This document shows positions 16,701 through 19,395 of a stretch of DNA of 19,395 nt, one piece after another. How positions within the stretch are numbered: position 1 is the stretch's first letter; every line of letters begins with the position of its first letter. This DNA is from Candidatus Methanomethylophilaceae archaeon (GTDB lineage: Archaea; Thermoplasmatota; Thermoplasmata; Methanomassiliicoccales; Methanomethylophilaceae), in assembly GCA_050944155.1 (NCBI GenBank), contig JBMNQN010000017.1, forward strand, positions 1 to 19,395, in the 5' to 3' direction. Both the position numbers and the translations under genes were made by a program. The notes under the pieces are model-generated. The model did no database searches, was not told where the DNA came from, and saw only the letters and a program-made list of their open reading frames with translations.

Positions 16701-19081
16701 CGGATGTCCATGTCGTCTTCCATAATCTCTCTGTAGGTTTCTTCGATGACCGGCATGCTGTCCATGCTGCCCAGCTGTTCGAGAAGGTAGGAAGAACGTA
16801 TCTGCTGCCTGTTGACCGAGATGGCGCGGCCGCGGTAGTTTCTGAGAATCATGAAGCTTCTGGAAGCGGTGTGCCTGAACCTCAGTTTGAACAGTTCGGA
16901 GTCTCTGACGGCTTTTCTCAGAACCTGCTCCAGATTCGTCGACTTAAGCATTTCCGGAATCTTGGACATGTCGGCTTTGCGCGATGTACCGATCATGAAG
17001 TTATCGTCCGATACGGTGACCGAGACGTTTATCCCCAGCATGTTGGTCAGACGGTAGGCGTAACCTCTGGACAGGGCGTCGTTGACCCTTCTGCCGAAAG
17101 GATAGTGAAACACCAGTCTTTGGTTTCCGGTCGGGTCTATGTATTCTTCGATTGCCAGAGTTTCCGAGTCGGGAATAAAGCCGGCAACGGCTTTCTGCTC
17201 CCTGAAATACGATATTATGCTTCTTGCCGACCCCTCGTCTATATCGAGGTCTTCGGTCATTTCGCGTATGAGTTCGCCTTTGTTTCCGTCCAGTTTCGCG
17301 GCCATCTCTTTTCTGAATCTCGCTATGTCCATGGACAGATCGAAACTGCGGGGAAGCATCTCTCCCGCCCAGGAGGGGACGGTGGGCTTCCTTCCCGTGG
17401 CCTCTTTCACGAACGCGGTCATTCCCTTGGACCTTACGAACTCGAAAGAGCGTCCTCCGAGAACGAAAACGTCCCTGGGAGCGAGTCTTTCCACGAATTT
17501 TTCGGACAGCTCTCCCGCCATCGAACCGTGGTTCGTTATGACTTTGTAGTTGGCCTCCTCGGGGATGGTTCCCATGTTCAGGTAGTAAATCATCCTGGTT
17601 CCTTTCTTGCGGCCGAACTGGTTTTCGTCCTCGTCCAGCCATATTTTGGAATAAACGCCTTCGAAATCGTCCCTGCTTCCCAAGTATTTCAGAACGCCCA
17701 TGAAATCCTCTTTGGAAAGATTTCTGTAACAGTACGAGCCCCGCACCAAATCGTAGGCTCTGTCGATATCCCACCTTTCGTCGAGACTCATGCCCACGAC
17801 GGTCTGCGCGAGAACGTCCAGACAGTTTTCCGGAATTCCCACTCTGTCGATATCGCCTCTGTGCGCGGCGCGGCACATGACCGCGCATTCCACCAGATCG
17901 TCCGGATCGAACACCAGGAGGCGTCCCTTGGCCACGCGTCCGTAGCTGTGGCCGCTCCTTCCGATTCTCTGAAGTCCCTTGGCCACGGATTTGGGAGAGC
18001 CCATCTGGCAGACCAGGTCCACCGATCCTATGTCTATACCCAGCTCCAGGGACGTGGACGAAACGACACACTTTATCTCTCCCTTCTTCAGACGCTCTTC
18101 CACGTCAAGTCTGGTTTCCCTTCCCAGGGAGCTGTGGTGAACCTCTATGTTCTCCAGCCCCCGTTCCTTGAGTTTGTAAACGACGCTTTCCGCACCGGAC
18201 CGTGTGTTCGTGAAAACCAGCGTGGTTTCGTGGGTTTCGATTAATTCCTTCAGCTGGTCGTACATCATGGAGTTAACCATTTCGGAAGAAAGTTCGGTCA
18301 TATCCGCCGCCGGACAGATAACTTCCAGATCCAGCTGTTTCTTGGAATCGGATTCCACAATGGTTACGTCCCTGACGCTGCCGTCGGGATTGTTTCCCGC
18401 GAGAAATCCCGCTATGGCCTCCATGGGAGCGAGGGTGGCGGACAGTCCGATTCTGGAAAAATCCCTCTCGCACCAATCCCGCAGTCTTTCGATGGTCAGA
18501 GAAAGAAAAGCGCCTCTTTTGGAATCGCATATGTCGTGAATCTCGTCTAAAATCAGCCACTCGAGCTTTTTCAGATGCTCTCTGAATTTCGGCGCGGAAA
18601 GTACGAGTGCCAGAGACTCCGGGGTTGTAATAAGTATGTGCGGGGGACGGCGGGTCATCTTCTGCCTTTCGTTCTGAGGCGTGTCACCGGATCTCACCGC
18701 GACCCGTATTCCCGGGGGCTCGAATCCCCGTTTTCTCGCCGTTTCCGCCATCTGTTCCAACGGTTCGTTGAGGTTTCTGTTTACGTCGTTGGCAAGGGCT
18801 TTGAGCGGAGAGATGTAAATGCAGTATACCCTGTCTTCCAGAGTTCCCTCTCTGGCATATTTCGTGAGTTCGTTGATTATGCTCGTAAAGGCCGTAAGAG
18901 TTTTTCCGGACCCCGTGGGAGACGAAACGAGGACGTTTTTCCTTTCGTGTATGAGCGGTATCGCTTTGGCCTGGGGTTCCGTCAGACCATCGAACCTCTC
19001 TTCGAACCACGCGGAAACGAGAGGTTCCATCACTCCCATTACTTCGTCTTTGCTGTATACTTTATCCGACCTTTCTATCAT
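13706..19081 (-). CDS. lhr: Lhr family SF2 ATP-dependent helicase with long C-terminal HTH_42/AlkZ-like extension (1791 aa)
   Basis: Motifs SPTGSGKT, YISPLKALAND, DEIH, SAT, FTNTR, LELGIDIG and QRIGRSGH. Lhr signatures GTIP, PSWAGE and SPFA. About 900 extra residues follow the core. Confidence 0.95.
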   Translation of the reverse strand: MIERSDKVYSKDEVMGVMEPLVSAWFEERFDGLTEPQAKAIPLIHERKNVLVSSPTGSGKTLTAFTSIINELTKYAREGTLEDRVYCIYISPLKALANDVNRNLNEPLEQMAETARKRGFEPPGIRVAVRSGDTPQNERQKMTRRPPHILITTPESLALVLSAPKFREHLKKLEWLILDEIHDICDSKRGAFLSLTIERLRDWCERDFSRIGLSATLAPMEAIAGFLAGNNPDGSVRDVTIVESDSKKQLDLEVICPAADMTELSSEMVNSMMYDQLKELIETHETTLVFTNTRSGAESVVYKLKERGLENIEVHHSSLGRETRLDVEERLKKGEIKCVVSSTSLELGIDIGSVDLVCQMGSPKSVAKGLQRIGRSGHSYGRVAKGRLLVFDPDDLVECAVMCRAAHRGDIDRVGIPENCLDVLAQTVVGMSLDERWDIDRAYDLVRGSYCYRNLSKEDFMGVLKYLGSRDDFEGVYSKIWLDEDENQFGRKKGTRMIYYLNMGTIPEEANYKVITNHGSMAGELSEKFVERLAPRDVFVLGGRSFEFVRSKGMTAFVKEATGRKPTVPSWAGEMLPRSFDLSMDIARFRKEMAAKLDGNKGELIREMTEDLDIDEGSARSIISYFREQKAVAGFIPDSETLAIEEYIDPTGNQRLVFHYPFGRRVNDALSRGYAYRLTNMLGINVSVTVSDDNFMIGTSRKADMSKIPEMLKSTNLEQVLRKAVRDSELFKLRFRHTASRSFMILRNYRGRAISVNRQQIRSSYLLEQLGSMDSMPVIEETYREIMEDDMDIRNAEQVLRWIEEGKMKVVTIPASETPSPFAHSAIISSFSDVVLMEDRSALLRELHRKVLYRALGDSVKEFEFTEDRIVPYFMEKIGRIQSKNDIVPMLMRTGPLQALRERGRNVYAYSDQDRKTVDGWIKELLADGSIGSVYMDDPYIMVAEEIPYYAAATVKKRELTEVDEKVLNEIHTNTPIKDISEALDISEDIVYRSTRKLESMYLIARTAIHGNSKWLYSRRSPSEAGRNAAIDRIILRHLECFAPATAGEVAFALSLTEDEARASLESLTGSGEVAKGRFLISENDQYMLKEDRMRLRSGRENVYSFENVEKYRVTKGRRFDTIREFFEFFGSAGSEIDVYSRVRNFDLKEWQDMRRSGEILLGRFMRGRVRYVLAEDADRYAALAWDETEEGDEKVLATIEGMGTATLRQLLNATGMEKDALKESIHRLDRSLKVIRSFGEREDWGTENRYEVFRPNPPEGNPIVDLAVKAVCAYGPIPGQDLRFILGISPDDVTGLMEEIGAEKILVGDAQTQMYIFGDELEELEALRESDTEVRLCTLFDPDIASKWAELSARYGDRWIYPLIMGHSVVGAMEIWEMSGCIEIRSFDLDSPELIPDALKAADSLMGFFNMKSVDIVRIREVMGVDASELDESVKDVLKAAGYRFVNGFYAKGKFEDYSMTQDEMISYVFEKQRIADKYPTVSGVLAVRGYIRGDQEIYTRVKKKTTMKKEAEKGGLVKMSLYPPYIGYTVPETAPIYRAAKHEELDEILKTTETMVKELAPVSKREAVRSSPYSEETTSESLNVLMKMSRLYQDSDSYYRPVPPSDMSPEEAFREVIRMHFRDLGIFSAENLSRFTGARMSEVRTALANLEEEGFLKKGFFIEGDPTLRWMLASDVGKEQKPAEGMFILNTQDNLHMYMREHIKREAGRTACVIFDGPSIIGWFDGKMTYAGSKVENFEGSDEAFGFLRDSAKALGVSLERKKYEDEDEDWDAIEFYLKSNPGAASSKR

Positions 19082-19269
19082 CTGCGTCTCGAGTCCTTCC
19101 GTACCTTAGGCATTTTTGTTATTTATTATTCTTTGAAGAAGGAATCCCGTACCGAGTCTGCACATCCGTATGGTTTTTACGAAACTTTTTCGGGTTCGGA
19201 TTCGGGATATTTTTATCTAAATTTATTAATAAAATATTAGGACGGAACCTGCGGGAAGGGAAATAAGCC

Positions 19270-19275
19270 TTATAT
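19270..19275 (+). promoter_or_regulatory. TATA box for the downstream secreted-protein gene
   Basis: TTATAT preceded by purine-rich GAAATAAG, 23 nt upstream of ATG 19299. Confidence 0.55.
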
Positions 19276-19298
19276 CCGCTCCCGACAATGAACGTTTC

Positions 19299-19395
19299 AT
19301 GAAGCCCCGTGCCTTCGCACTGATGATTTCGGCGGTACTGCTCCTGTCGGCGGCATTTTTGGTTGTCGACTTCGACGACTCGGATGCGGCTGCGC
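19299..19395 (+). CDS. N-terminus (signal peptide) of a secreted or cell-surface protein; 3'-truncated
   Basis: MKPRAFALMISAVLLLSAAFLVVDFDDSDAAA: basic n-region, hydrophobic h-region and SDA cleavage-like motif. The frame is open to the window end. Confidence 0.75.
   Translation, partial: MKPRAFALMISAVLLLSAAFLVVDFDDSDAAA

Noticed and set aside
14216-18244. 1342-aa ORF on + strand antisense to lhr
   Set aside because: It is in exact codon register with lhr, so a stop would need TTA, CTA or TCA codons in lhr, which appear to be rarely used. The translation has no recognisable motifs. It is a shadow ORF.
13706-19081. Intein as the reason for the large size of Lhr (also considered for GyrA and GyrB)
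   Set aside because: The helicase motifs are normally spaced, no His-Asn/Cys junction or LAGLIDADG motif was seen, and the extra length is a C-terminal repeat region. The gyrase subunits are of normal length.

Overview
Gene-dense archaeal chromosomal window, most consistent with a Methanomassiliicoccales (Thermoplasmatota) methanogen. The assignment is inferred from TATA-type promoters, archaeal-type Nfo, DUF531 and HTH proteins, gyrase genes, a giant Lhr and an 'SDA' signal peptide. Gene order: 5'-truncated DUF58 protein, membrane protein, rlmE, purM, DUF531 SPOUT-like protein, a 51-aa protein, tRNA-Phe(GAA), a small membrane protein, gyrA, gyrB, thiC, a class I SAM methyltransferase, tRNA-Thr(CGT), endonuclease IV, an OGG1-type 8-oxoG glycosylase, a Cys-rich HTH regulator, a 1791-aa Lhr helicase, and the start of a secreted protein. 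No mobile element or CRISPR array was seen. The most notable part is a DNA-repair cluster (nfo, ogg, HTH, lhr). Its Lhr has a C-terminal extension of about 900 aa that appears to be three tandem AlkZ/YcaQ (HTH_42)-like repeats. All family calls come from motif recognition by eye, not from database searches.
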